Positions 18,588 to 26,371 of a stretch of 64,000 bases of DNA are shown here, piece after piece; positions within the stretch are counted from its first letter, which is position 1; each line of letters starts with the position of its first letter. The stretch comes from Candidatus Nomurabacteria bacterium (GTDB lineage: Bacteria; Patescibacteriota; Minisyncoccia; Phycocordibacterales; UBA9973). The stretch spans positions 32,893-96,892 of the forward strand of contig JBPOHQ010000008.1 of assembly GCA_052035405.1 (NCBI GenBank), given 5' to 3'. The notes beneath the pieces were generated by a model, which worked only from the letters and a program-made list of their open reading frames with translations, had not been told where the DNA came from and did no database searches. The translations under genes and the position numbers were made by a program.

Positions 18588-20777
18588 TTATTTTATAATT
18601 TTAATTTGGTCTAATTTGTTTTGTTTAGCTGCTTCTTTTAGGGCCCTATTGACGTATTCTTCAATTGTTTCATCGTGTGAACCTACAGTGAAGGCACTTT
18701 TTTCTAAGGGTTCAAGTCCTGTTATATTATGAAGCTCAATAAAATATTTTATTAGACGAGAATATTCTGGGCTCCATGTTTCAGGTTTGTCTTTCATAAG
18801 TCCATAAATTACTTCAGCTTTAGTTTCTTTGATTGCATTCCAGTAATCCCCTTTAGGAAAAATTTGATCTAAATCATTATCTAGTTTTAATTCTACTTTT
18901 TTATCAATATCTGCCATAGACAATTCTGTATGTTCTACTGTTTCATATGAACCATGTCCCCCATATGTTGGATTGATTGCATATGAGTTTACGTTTTGAC
19001 CTTCTAGACTTTGAAAAGAGCCTGTTGCGTTTGCTTGTACAATTTCTTCATACGTTGGTTTAAACATTTGATCTGCTTCACTCGGCACAATGAGCTTTGG
19101 GGTAGAAGCAAAACGGACTTCGTTATTTTTAAGAAGTTCTTTATCTCTTATTTGTTCCTCCTCGTACATTGGATTAATCTTCTGAGTTGCATTAACTACT
19201 GCTTCAGGTTCTATATTTTCTTGTAAAAATGCATCTCGTTCTACGGGAACTCCGTTTATGTCAGCTAATGAGGATTCAGTTGGTGCATTTGAATGAACTG
19301 AGTTGGAAGATCCTCCTCCCTCAAAGGCTTTTATAACTTTCTCGCGATAGTATTCATAATCTTTTTCTATTCCTTGTTTTGTGTTAGGTTCAAAAAGATC
19401 TCCTTCTTTGTGAATTTCACTCGCTATACCATTTTGGTATTCTTGAACAATTGCTTTTCCTTCTTGATCTATTTTCAACACATATGCAGCTCCACCTTCG
19501 GCTTTTACTCGTACATCGCCGTCTTCTCCGATGTATCCGAGCTTCTTTCCTAGTTCTGCAAGGAATTTTACTTTATCAGGTGCTTGATCATAACCCAGAG
19601 CTTCAGCAAGCTTCGGATCAGCTTCGAGCTGTGACTTAAATGCATAGGTAATACCAATATTATTTTTACCATCTACTAGAGCTTCTTTTGGAATTTCAAA
19701 ATTTTCACTGTTAGTGGTAGACACTGCTGAAGTTGCAGGAGTTTCATTTGAAATTTGGGTACCGTCTTGTCCTTCTAAAATAGTTGGATCAGGAGTTGAT
19801 GTCTTAAATTCGTGAACTGGAATTTCTTCTGCTTCAGTATTCTCAAAGAGATGTATGTTTTTTATACCTTGTATTACCGCCTTTTTCGGTAAATTATCAA
19901 CACCAGTAGCTTGTATAGTAGTAGTTAAAAGTCCTGTACCCATACTGAAGGCTCCACCTGCAATCCTTTTCTTCCATTCCAGACCCTTGAGTTGTTTTTC
20001 TTTTTCTTCTACCTTTTTTGCAAGTTCAGGAAGTTTGTTGAGTACAGTATTTATATCAAAGATTTGTCCCGATGAGCCAAGTAACTCATTGGAAAAAACT
20101 TGCTCTTTTTCGGATTCACTTTCTTCAATTTTGTCTTTGAAATACTCATTTATTGTGAATCGCCCCAAAAAATTAGTAGCACTTAGCATTGTTGTAAGTG
20201 GACCTAATACCATTATTGCTACTGTCGCACCTCCTGTTGCCAGAGCAATTTTTAACCATTTTTTTTGTTTGGGTGTTAGTCCGTCATACCAGTCTTTAAG
20301 TTTTTTAGCGAATTCTTGTGCTTCGTTTGAGGCCATAACGGTATTTAGTCCAACCGCCGCGATTATTTTTGTAGAGATTTTAAATCCAGCTCCAAATAGG
20401 GTCGTAGCTGCTCCGAGTACGTCAGCTGTAGCTAGGGTTGCACCAGTGGTCATAGCCATACTTAGGATTGTCCTGGTTTTATTCTGGGCAGGGTCAAGTA
20501 TCCATTTTTCTGTTTTGAGCCACGTTTGCTTAAAAAAATTGCTAGATTCTAGTGTATCCTCTTGGAATTTTTGCCTTTCCTCAGTAAAGATTCTTTGGGC
20601 TATAAGTATTTTTTGTCCATTATTTAGTTGAGTGTTATTTGTAGATTCTTGTAGATTTATTTCGTTTCTTATTAGTGTTGCTACTTGTTCAAGGTCCATC
20701 TCTGGTTTTGCTTCTATGTTTGATTTAGGAGCAAATATATTTAATTTACTAAAAAATGGTTTTTTAGGGATAGACAT
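18588..20777 (-). CDS. Hypothetical large membrane-associated protein
   Basis: Ala/Gly/Thr-rich hydrophobic segments (ILSMAMTTGATLATADVLGAATTLFGAGF, IALATGGATVAIMVLGPLTTML); no enzymatic motif recognised. Confidence 0.45.
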   Translation of the reverse strand: MSIPKKPFFSKLNIFAPKSNIEAKPEMDLEQVATLIRNEINLQESTNNTQLNNGQKILIAQRIFTEERQKFQEDTLESSNFFKQTWLKTEKWILDPAQNKTRTILSMAMTTGATLATADVLGAATTLFGAGFKISTKIIAAVGLNTVMASNEAQEFAKKLKDWYDGLTPKQKKWLKIALATGGATVAIMVLGPLTTMLSATNFLGRFTINEYFKDKIEESESEKEQVFSNELLGSSGQIFDINTVLNKLPELAKKVEEKEKQLKGLEWKKRIAGGAFSMGTGLLTTTIQATGVDNLPKKAVIQGIKNIHLFENTEAEEIPVHEFKTSTPDPTILEGQDGTQISNETPATSAVSTTNSENFEIPKEALVDGKNNIGITYAFKSQLEADPKLAEALGYDQAPDKVKFLAELGKKLGYIGEDGDVRVKAEGGAAYVLKIDQEGKAIVQEYQNGIASEIHKEGDLFEPNTKQGIEKDYEYYREKVIKAFEGGGSSNSVHSNAPTESSLADINGVPVERDAFLQENIEPEAVVNATQKINPMYEEEQIRDKELLKNNEVRFASTPKLIVPSEADQMFKPTYEEIVQANATGSFQSLEGQNVNSYAINPTYGGHGSYETVEHTELSMADIDKKVELKLDNDLDQIFPKGDYWNAIKETKAEVIYGLMKDKPETWSPEYSRLIKYFIELHNITGLEPLEKSAFTVGSHDETIEEYVNRALKEAAKQNKLDQIKIIK

Positions 20778-20879
20778 AATAGATATATTATATAGTTTTA
20801 TGTTTAATAATACTAAATTCTAAGTTTAAGTCTTATATATTATGCATTAAATGTTTGATTCTGTCAATGAAATCTTTTC

Positions 20880-21030
20880 CACACTAGGGTTGACTTGCCC
20901 GTCCGTATGGGCTACCCTTTATATGTACCTGGCAAGGCATCAGCCTTTCCTTCTGGTACACCCCCGTCTAGGAGCACGATTTTACGGATGAAAGGTAGTA
21001 TGACAGTAACCATCGCAAGAATTTTTTTAT
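20880..21030. other. GC-enriched, strongly self-complementary non-coding segment in the divergent intergenic region; candidate cis-regulatory RNA, class unassigned
   Basis: Nested inverted repeats agggt..gccc(gtccgtat)gggc..accct and gtacc..aggc(atca)gcct..ggtac within an otherwise AT-rich 360-bp spacer. Confidence 0.3.
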
Positions 21031-21139
21031 GAGTACAATAGGGTCGCCCTGTATTCTATCCTTGTTTTACAAGGTTTAGGAAGAATTCTTACGACATTTT
21101 GTTTGTTTTATAAAATCTCATTCTAAAATATTCCGAGCT

Positions 21140-22225
21140 ATGCTGATGTTGCCGTTATGCTTAACGGTTTTTGCTAGTGCTTCTCCTGTTGAAGCGAGTC
21201 TTTTATCTTCTCTTCTTGGTGATGATGCTTCAGCCTCTGCCCCAGAGACCATTTCTACTCCAAATTCTATTGCTAATTCTCAAAACATGTCTCTGCTCCA
21301 AGCCAACGCTTCTTCTGCCTCTTTCCTCGATAAGAAAACCAAAACTAAAGACGATGAAGAAGATGTTAAAGAAGATGCAAGTATTACCATTACCGATAAC
21401 GCCCTCTCTCCAGTCACGAATCCTTTAGGTGTATCAGACGGAACAGACTCTAAAGACCCCTCATTTGATCAAATAAGTATATATGTGGTCAGAGGAGGAG
21501 ACTCTATAGCCAAGATAGCTGAGATGTATGATGTCTCGGTAAATACTATTATGTGGGCGAACGACCTTAAGTCCAAGAAGCTAACCGTCGGTGATACCCT
21601 TATCATTCTTCCTGTTTCAGGCTTACAATATAAGGTTCAAAAAGGTGACACCTTAAAAGGTCTTGCAAAAGAGTATAAAGTAGATGTTGCAGACATTATT
21701 GACTATAACAACCTCACTGAAGATTCAAAACTTTCTGTTGGAGACGAGCTGATTATTCCGGGTGCAGAGGTTGAAGTAAAAGCAGCTATTCCAGTAAAAG
21801 TAAAATCTACAAGCAAGACTGGTAGTATACCTAATAATTTTAATAATGCTGATAGCAGTAAGTCAGTAAGTGGTTTCTTGAAGCCAATCCCTTGCCGTCA
21901 GAGTCAAGGCAGACATGACAAGTATGCTGTCGATCTTGCGTGTGGTAAAGCTGGTGTTTCTATCCAAGCATCTATGTCTGGAAAGGTTATCTTTGCTAAA
22001 AAAGGTTGGAACGGTGCTTTCGGAAATCTTACGATTATTGAAAACAATGGAATCCAGACATTTTATGCCCACCAACAAGACATCTTTGTATCCGTCGGTC
22101 AGCAAGTCTCACAAGGTCAAATCATCGGAACTGTTGGAAATACAGGGCGATCTACGGGTCCACACCTACACTTTGAGGTTCGTGGAGCGAAAAATCCAGG
22201 GTTTGATAACTCTTGGGCAAAATAG
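21140..22225 (+). CDS. Secreted LysM-domain (two copies) peptidase M23 family murein hydrolase
   Basis: Signal peptide; two LysM-like blocks (YVVRGGDSIAKIAEMYDVSVNTIMWAN; YKVQKGDTLKGLAKEYKVDVADIIDYN); C-terminal M23 motifs HQQDIFVSVGQQV..GNTGRSTGPHLHFEV. Confidence 0.85.
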   Translation: MLMLPLCLTVFASASPVEASLLSSLLGDDASASAPETISTPNSIANSQNMSLLQANASSASFLDKKTKTKDDEEDVKEDASITITDNALSPVTNPLGVSDGTDSKDPSFDQISIYVVRGGDSIAKIAEMYDVSVNTIMWANDLKSKKLTVGDTLIILPVSGLQYKVQKGDTLKGLAKEYKVDVADIIDYNNLTEDSKLSVGDELIIPGAEVEVKAAIPVKVKSTSKTGSIPNNFNNADSSKSVSGFLKPIPCRQSQGRHDKYAVDLACGKAGVSIQASMSGKVIFAKKGWNGAFGNLTIIENNGIQTFYAHQQDIFVSVGQQVSQGQIIGTVGNTGRSTGPHLHFEVRGAKNPGFDNSWAK

Positions 22226-22268
22226 TACAAGCACAAAAGCACACAAAAACTTTTCTGAGGAATACTTT

Positions 22269-23018
22269 TTATTCGAGTAAAGTTAATGCGATCATTGCTC
22301 CGATACCAAGGAGAAGCATGATGACTTGGAGGATAAAATATCTTCCTCCTTTGGTCCTTTGTAGTTCTGGGATGAGGTCTCCTACGGCTATGTAAATAAA
22401 TCCTCCAGCCGCTATGGGTAAGATTATTTTTATGAAGTTTTCGCTCATGTCTCCTATTATAAAAACAAGGGCAAGTCCGAGCATGGCGGTCAATGCAGAC
22501 AGAAAATTAAGCCAAAGAGCTCGTGTTTTGCTGTAGCCACTATGAATAAGTACCGCAAAATCTCCTATCTCTTGGGGTATTTCGTGAAGTACGACCGCAA
22601 TGGTCGTTGCTATTCCGACAGGAATACTGATTAAAAAACTTGCTCCAATGACTATACCATCGACAAAATTATGAATACCATCTGAGAAGAGAACTAACTT
22701 ACCCACAGGGTGTATGTGGTATTCATCTGTGTCATCTTCGTGATGGTGCCAGTGTAAAAATTTCTCCAATATAAAAAATATAAATATCCCTAGTATGATA
22801 TACAGTCCAATTGTTGTTGGATTTGTCGCCTCTACGAAAGCTTCAGGAATCAGGTGGATAAAGGCATCTCCGAGTAATGCTCCAACTGCCAGACTAATAA
22901 AAAGAGAAATATATTTTTTAATTAAATCAGCTCGAAGAGAGAGTGTAAAAACTCCAACAAGTGAGATGAGACTTATCGCCGTGACACTTAAGAAAGAATA
23001 TAGATATGTTTCGTTCAT
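22269..23018 (-). CDS. zupT: ZIP-family zinc transporter
   Basis: HNFVDGIVIGASF and HEIPQEIGDFAVL motifs; polytopic membrane protein. Confidence 0.85.
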   Translation of the reverse strand: MNETYLYSFLSVTAISLISLVGVFTLSLRADLIKKYISLFISLAVGALLGDAFIHLIPEAFVEATNPTTIGLYIILGIFIFFILEKFLHWHHHEDDTDEYHIHPVGKLVLFSDGIHNFVDGIVIGASFLISIPVGIATTIAVVLHEIPQEIGDFAVLIHSGYSKTRALWLNFLSALTAMLGLALVFIIGDMSENFIKIILPIAAGGFIYIAVGDLIPELQRTKGGRYFILQVIMLLLGIGAMIALTLLE

Positions 23019-23099
23019 GTGATAAAGATACTATATCCTTAATGCAGTTTATTTGCAAGTAAAAGTTTGTTCAACTTTGATTATTTATGTGGATAAACA

Positions 23100-23660
23100 A
23101 AAGTGACAAGTGTTTTAGTCTCTGGTAGGATGTGCTTATAGTATTGGTTTTTTGATAATTAAAACTTGGCTAGGGCAAAAGAAATAGTGTTTAATATAGT
23201 TATTGAGTACTATTTCTTTTGTCTTGCCATGACAAAGAAAGTATCCAGATGGGTTGTGTCCCATTTTCTGTTTCCGCCTGGAGACAAAAATTAACCCAAT
23301 GACAGGGTTAGTCTGGTGCTTTCTTTTAAGAAAGATATTTGTTTTGGGGTTCCCCCAGGTAAGCGTGTGACGCCCTATCGTCACACAAACTGCCTGGGGT
23401 TTCCAGAACTAAAAAGAATGTTAGATAAGTAAGCACTCAGGGGGAGCCTGGTACAAAGGTTCTGGGTTCCCTTTTTGCTTCATCTGACAAGAGGTAAGAT
23501 TAGCGGTTCTTCCAGCTCTGCTGAAAAGTGGTGGCTGGATTTGTTGAAAAATCCTCTCCATTTTGGAGAGTAAAGATACGAGACAGAAGAAAAGATCCAA
23601 ATAAAATGTGTTGTGCGACTTGGTAGCAATTATCAAGTCGCATTTTTATTTATTTAATTA
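23100..23660 (+). ncRNA. Candidate structured non-coding RNA of unknown class, ending at an intrinsic terminator
   Basis: About 550 nt with no credible ORF; multiple nested helices (ccccagg...cctgggg, gtgtgacg..cgtcacac, ctttctt..aagaaag); terminator gcgactt-N13-aagtcgc followed by a T-run at 23615-23652. Confidence 0.25.
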
Positions 23661-23681
23661 ATTGAATTGTGGATAACTATT

Positions 23682-23708
23682 TTGCATACTTTTTTAAAGT
23701 GGTATAAT
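23682..23708 (+). promoter_or_regulatory. Sigma70-like promoter (TTGCAT-N15-TGgTATAAT, extended -10) driving the multi-hairpin RNA
   Basis: ttgcat at 23682-23687; tggtataat at 23700-23708. Confidence 0.5.
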
Positions 23709-23714
23709 TAATAC

Positions 23715-24090
23715 AGAGATAAAAAAGTTGTTCGACAAACAAGAAGAGAGAGATGTAGGAAATAGTATTTAATTCTTTGAATACTGCTTCCTATATCTAC
23801 CCCTTCTATGATATAGAAAAAAATGCATCTAACGATGCAAACTATCGCCACCACGTGGCAACCAAAAAACTGTTACAATTGTAACAATTTAATTTAATCG
23901 CTAATTATATTAGCAAACCGTTTCCCGCTCTTTCGAGCAAAAAAATTGTTGATTATTATCAACACCTGTTCTTTCTAAAAATAGCTAACATCTGTTAGCA
24001 AAACTCATATAGTCACTTCGGTGACAACATCTATCGCATATTTTATATGCACTACAACCCAGCAAAAAATCGCTGGGTTTTTTGTTTGTA
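23715..24090 (+). ncRNA. Candidate novel non-coding RNA of about 375 nt made of about 12 different short hairpins (12-26 nt palindromes) at roughly 27-nt spacing, bounded by a promoter and a terminator
   Basis: No ORF; palindromes at 23764, 23791, 23824, 23847, 23871, 23900, 23927, 23948, 23984, 24012, 24036 and 24058, including a perfect 16-mer tgttacaattgtaaca and a UUCG-loop hairpin gtcacttcggtgac. Confidence 0.4.
24058..24086 (+). terminator. Rho-independent terminator (cccagc-N8-gctggg followed by TTTTTT)
   Basis: Hairpin plus T-run read directly. Confidence 0.75.
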
Positions 24091-24100
24091 TTTTTAAATT

Positions 24101-24129
24101 TTGCTAAAAAACCAATAACAAGCTATAAT
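24101..24129 (+). promoter_or_regulatory. Consensus sigma70-like promoter TTGCTA-N17-TATAAT upstream of tRNA-Pro
   Basis: ttgcta at 24101-24106; tataat at 24124-24129. Confidence 0.55.
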
Positions 24130-24154
24130 CATAGAGTTTTCAGTAAGAAGTATT

Positions 24155-24225
24155 CGGGCTGTAGTATACCGGTAGTACAAGCGCTTTGGGAGCGTTTAGA
24201 CTGGGTTCGATTCCCAGCAGCCCGA
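24155..24225 (+). tRNA. tRNA-Pro (anticodon UGG); CCA not encoded
   Basis: Cloverleaf by hand: acceptor cgggctg/cagcccg, anticodon loop tttggga, T-arm ctggg-ttcgatt-cccag. Confidence 0.85.
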
Positions 24226-24269
24226 CAAAGATTGAATTATTTAATCTTATTTGATAATATAAAAATATT

Positions 24270-24340
24270 GCGGGATTAGTTTAATGGTAAAATAACAGTT
24301 TTCCAAACTGTGGTTGGGAGTTCGATTCCCCCATCCCGCA
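24270..24340 (+). tRNA. tRNA-Gly (anticodon UCC); CCA not encoded
   Basis: Acceptor gcgggat/atcccgc, anticodon stem acagt/actgt with loop tttccaa, T-loop ttcgatt. Confidence 0.8.
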
Positions 24341-24364
24341 CACCAATAGGCATGTTTTAGACAA

Positions 24365-25273
24365 CTACTTGCTGTTTAATTCATTAACTCTTTTATTGTA
24401 AATATTTATAAAAGCATCAAGTGTTTCCGTTTTAAATGCTAATATTTTTAGCATTACTGGGTCACCTTGTTTTATTTTATCAGCCAAGAGAAGAGATTCT
24501 CTTTGATCTTGAAGCGAAGTTATAAAAGAATAAAATATACTCAATTCTGTTTTTGTTATTGTATTTTCTTCGGCAGGATTATTTTCAGCTAGTTTTTTAT
24601 ATTGTTTATCTGAAAGGTCAAAGTAAAACACAGGCATGTTTTTTAAGGGTGTTAAAATCATTTCTTTATTCTTTATCTTGATTCCATATTTTAAGTCTGC
24701 ACCTCCACTCTCAACAATGGCAAGAGTTTTATCAGCTTTTTTAATTGTAAGAGGCAACGCTCCTTCTGATAGTTCTCTATTGTCTTCAAGTAGACTATCA
24801 AGAGCACAAATTGTTTTACCTGTTTTTTTATTTACAATAATAAAGTCTGTGCCAGCCTCGTAGTCATCATAGCTTGCAGTACGCATAACCAGAAAGTCAT
24901 CGCCCAGCACTTTATTTAAAAGTATAGTTACCATAATTTCTGTTTGAGTACCATTCCTCCTCATCTTATCTTCTCGCCATCTGTTTAAGCAACGATCTTG
25001 TGAAGTAGGATCTTCCGAGTGACATTTTGCAAAACTTAATTCCCTTTTTCTTATAGTTGCTTTATCTTTCTCAATTTCTTCTTTTGAATAAATTCCACCA
25101 TTATCTAGCATAAAGGCATCCATTGAAACGGACCCATCTGTTTTTATTAAATTTTGCTTTCCGTACTCTTCCTCTATTCTTTTATTATTTTCGTTAGAAA
25201 TAAACGAAAGCCTTTTTCGTAGCTTTACACTTAGGTGCTCTAAGGCACTTTGTTCAGGTTTAAATTCTCCCAT
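24365..25273 (-). CDS. Hypothetical protein (302 aa)
   Basis: ORF track only; no motif recognised. Confidence 0.45.
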   Translation of the reverse strand: MGEFKPEQSALEHLSVKLRKRLSFISNENNKRIEEEYGKQNLIKTDGSVSMDAFMLDNGGIYSKEEIEKDKATIRKRELSFAKCHSEDPTSQDRCLNRWREDKMRRNGTQTEIMVTILLNKVLGDDFLVMRTASYDDYEAGTDFIIVNKKTGKTICALDSLLEDNRELSEGALPLTIKKADKTLAIVESGGADLKYGIKIKNKEMILTPLKNMPVFYFDLSDKQYKKLAENNPAEENTITKTELSIFYSFITSLQDQRESLLLADKIKQGDPVMLKILAFKTETLDAFINIYNKRVNELNSK

Positions 25274-25292
25274 TTATGTATTATACCTTATA

Positions 25293-25766
25293 TCATAAAA
25301 CAATATCAGAAATTACATTTATTTTTGCTTTTTTATGAGCTAGATCTAGATAAACCACCAGTAGATCCACTTGCCACCCCGTATCTTCTGAGATTCTATT
25401 GGACATAAGGTATGTCTGGATTGTCCGTGATAGACGCTTCAGTTTCCAAGGGTGCATGTTATCTTCAGGCCGATAATCATCCTTCTCGAACGTTTCATGT
25501 GGAACATTCTTTCCTTCTGTTTCATGAGAAACATTAGTTTTTGATGTTTCACGTGGCACAAATGAAGGTAATGTTACGCGTGAAACGCTTTTTACCTCAA
25601 TAAAATAGAGTTTTCCTTGTTTTTCAGCTATTATATCTATTTCACCCCATTTTTTAGTGTAGTTACGATCAATTACTGAGTAACCGTGTTTCACAAGAAA
25701 ATTAACGGCGATATTCTCGCCAATTTCTCCTGTTTTCTGGGTTTTTGAAGTAAAAACCTTTGGCAT
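25293..25766 (-). CDS. yraN: YraN/UPF0102-family endonuclease-like protein carrying an in-frame repeat insertion
   Basis: GEIGENIAVNFLVKHGYSVIDRNY..GEIDIIAEKQGKLYFIEVKS and a C-terminal GWQVDLLVV block fit UPF0102; an inserted segment VTLPSFVPRETSKTNVSHETEGKNVPHETFEKDDY is encoded by the palindrome array. Confidence 0.65.
   Translation of the reverse strand: MPKVFTSKTQKTGEIGENIAVNFLVKHGYSVIDRNYTKKWGEIDIIAEKQGKLYFIEVKSVSRVTLPSFVPRETSKTNVSHETEGKNVPHETFEKDDYRPEDNMHPWKLKRLSRTIQTYLMSNRISEDTGWQVDLLVVYLDLAHKKAKINVISDIVL
25491..25585. repeat. Array of four 14-bp palindromic elements at exact 27-bp spacing inside yraN (gtttcatgtggaac, gtttcatgagaaac, gtttcacgtggcac, gttacgcgtgaaac)
   Basis: Copies start at 25491, 25518, 25545 and 25572; the 27-bp period keeps the reading frame (9 codons). 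Confidence 0.8.
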
Positions 25767-25842
25767 GTATTAATTATACAAACAAAACGATAAAAATGTT
25801 ATATGTGTAACAAATCACAACTACGTTTTATAAATAATTAGT

Positions 25843-25856
25843 GTTTCATGTGGAAC
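25843..25856. repeat. Solo intergenic copy of the 14-bp palindromic element (gtttcatgtggaac, identical to the 25491 copy)
   Basis: Exact 14/14 match to the copy at 25491. Confidence 0.6.
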
Positions 25857-26039
25857 AAGAAGTTGGAAATGACAATTAGAGCCAATTCTATATTTTATAA
25901 GGGTTTTTTAGGTTACTTTGGTCTAAAAGACAAGATTTTTATGTCCGTTATGCACAATACCAACATAGTTATCCACAGTCTGTTAGTAAGTCCTTATTTT
26001 TTAATAACCACAAATATCAGTCATCAGAGACAAAATTTG

Positions 26040-26111
26040 TGCACCCGGAGGGATTCGAACCCCCAACGACGGTTCCGAAGACCGGCGTGATATCCATTTC
26101 ACTACGGGTGC
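26040..26111 (-). tRNA. tRNA-Arg (anticodon UCG, tentative); CCA not encoded
   Basis: Minus-strand cloverleaf: acceptor gcacccg/cgggtgc, D-arm gtga-aatggata-tcac, anticodon loop cttcgga with one C:U mismatch at the base of the anticodon stem, T-arm ggggg-ttcgaat-ccctc. Confidence 0.65.
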
Positions 26112-26132
26112 ATGGAATTAATCAACTTACAA

Positions 26133-26161
26133 AGTATAGCTTATTATGGTTTTTTAATCAA
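26133..26161 (-). promoter_or_regulatory. Sigma70-like promoter (TTGATT-N17-TATACT on the minus strand) upstream of tRNA-Arg
   Basis: Reverse complement of 26133-26161 reads ttgatt-aaaaaaccataataagc-tatact. Confidence 0.4.
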
Positions 26162-26224
26162 AAATATTTAGTGATGAAAGCTGAAACGCTATAATATTCA
26201 TATTTAATATGCTAAAAAAGAAAA

Positions 26225-26253
26225 TTGCAAATCGATAAGCAAAGTAATATAAT
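26225..26253 (+). promoter_or_regulatory. Consensus sigma70-like promoter TTGCAA-N17-TATAAT upstream of tRNA-Gly(GCC) and cca
   Basis: ttgcaa at 26225-26230; tataat at 26248-26253. Confidence 0.55.
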
Positions 26254-26289
26254 GATTTAGTTCTTTTATTTTTTATTATACATAACTAA

Positions 26290-26360
26290 GCGGTTATGGT
26301 TTAGTGGTAGAACACGTCCTTGCCAAGGATGAGACGGGAGTTCGATTCTCCCTAGCCGCA
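26290..26360 (+). tRNA. tRNA-Gly (anticodon GCC); CCA not encoded
   Basis: gcggtta...cacgtccttgccaaggatg... close to the canonical tRNA-Gly(GCC) anticodon arm; T-loop ttcgatt. Confidence 0.85.
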
Positions 26361-26371
26361 CAAATTCCAAG

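Noticed and set aside
20880-21030. Tried to match the GC-rich element to SRP RNA
   Set aside because: The apical loop is UGAU rather than the conserved GGAA tetraloop and the symmetric-loop motifs do not fit. A c-di-AMP/ydaO-like identity was considered but could not be supported from memory of the consensus, so it is left as unclassified.
23136-23636. Two small minus-strand ORFs (82 and 71 aa) in the non-coding region
   Set aside because: No start context. They overlap strongly structured RNA-like sequence and have low-complexity basic composition. Likely spurious.
23100-23660. Tested the structured non-coding region for RNase P RNA, tmRNA and SRP RNA identity
   Set aside because: Hallmark motifs are absent. 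There is no GGAAAGUCCGG or ACAGAA.CCGGCUUA, no tRNA-like TψC/acceptor end with an ANDENYALAA-type tag frame, and no GGAA-tetraloop SRP domain IV. It is left unclassified.
24082-24279. 65-aa plus-strand ORF
   Set aside because: It overlaps tRNA-Pro and the promoter region. It is a translation artefact.
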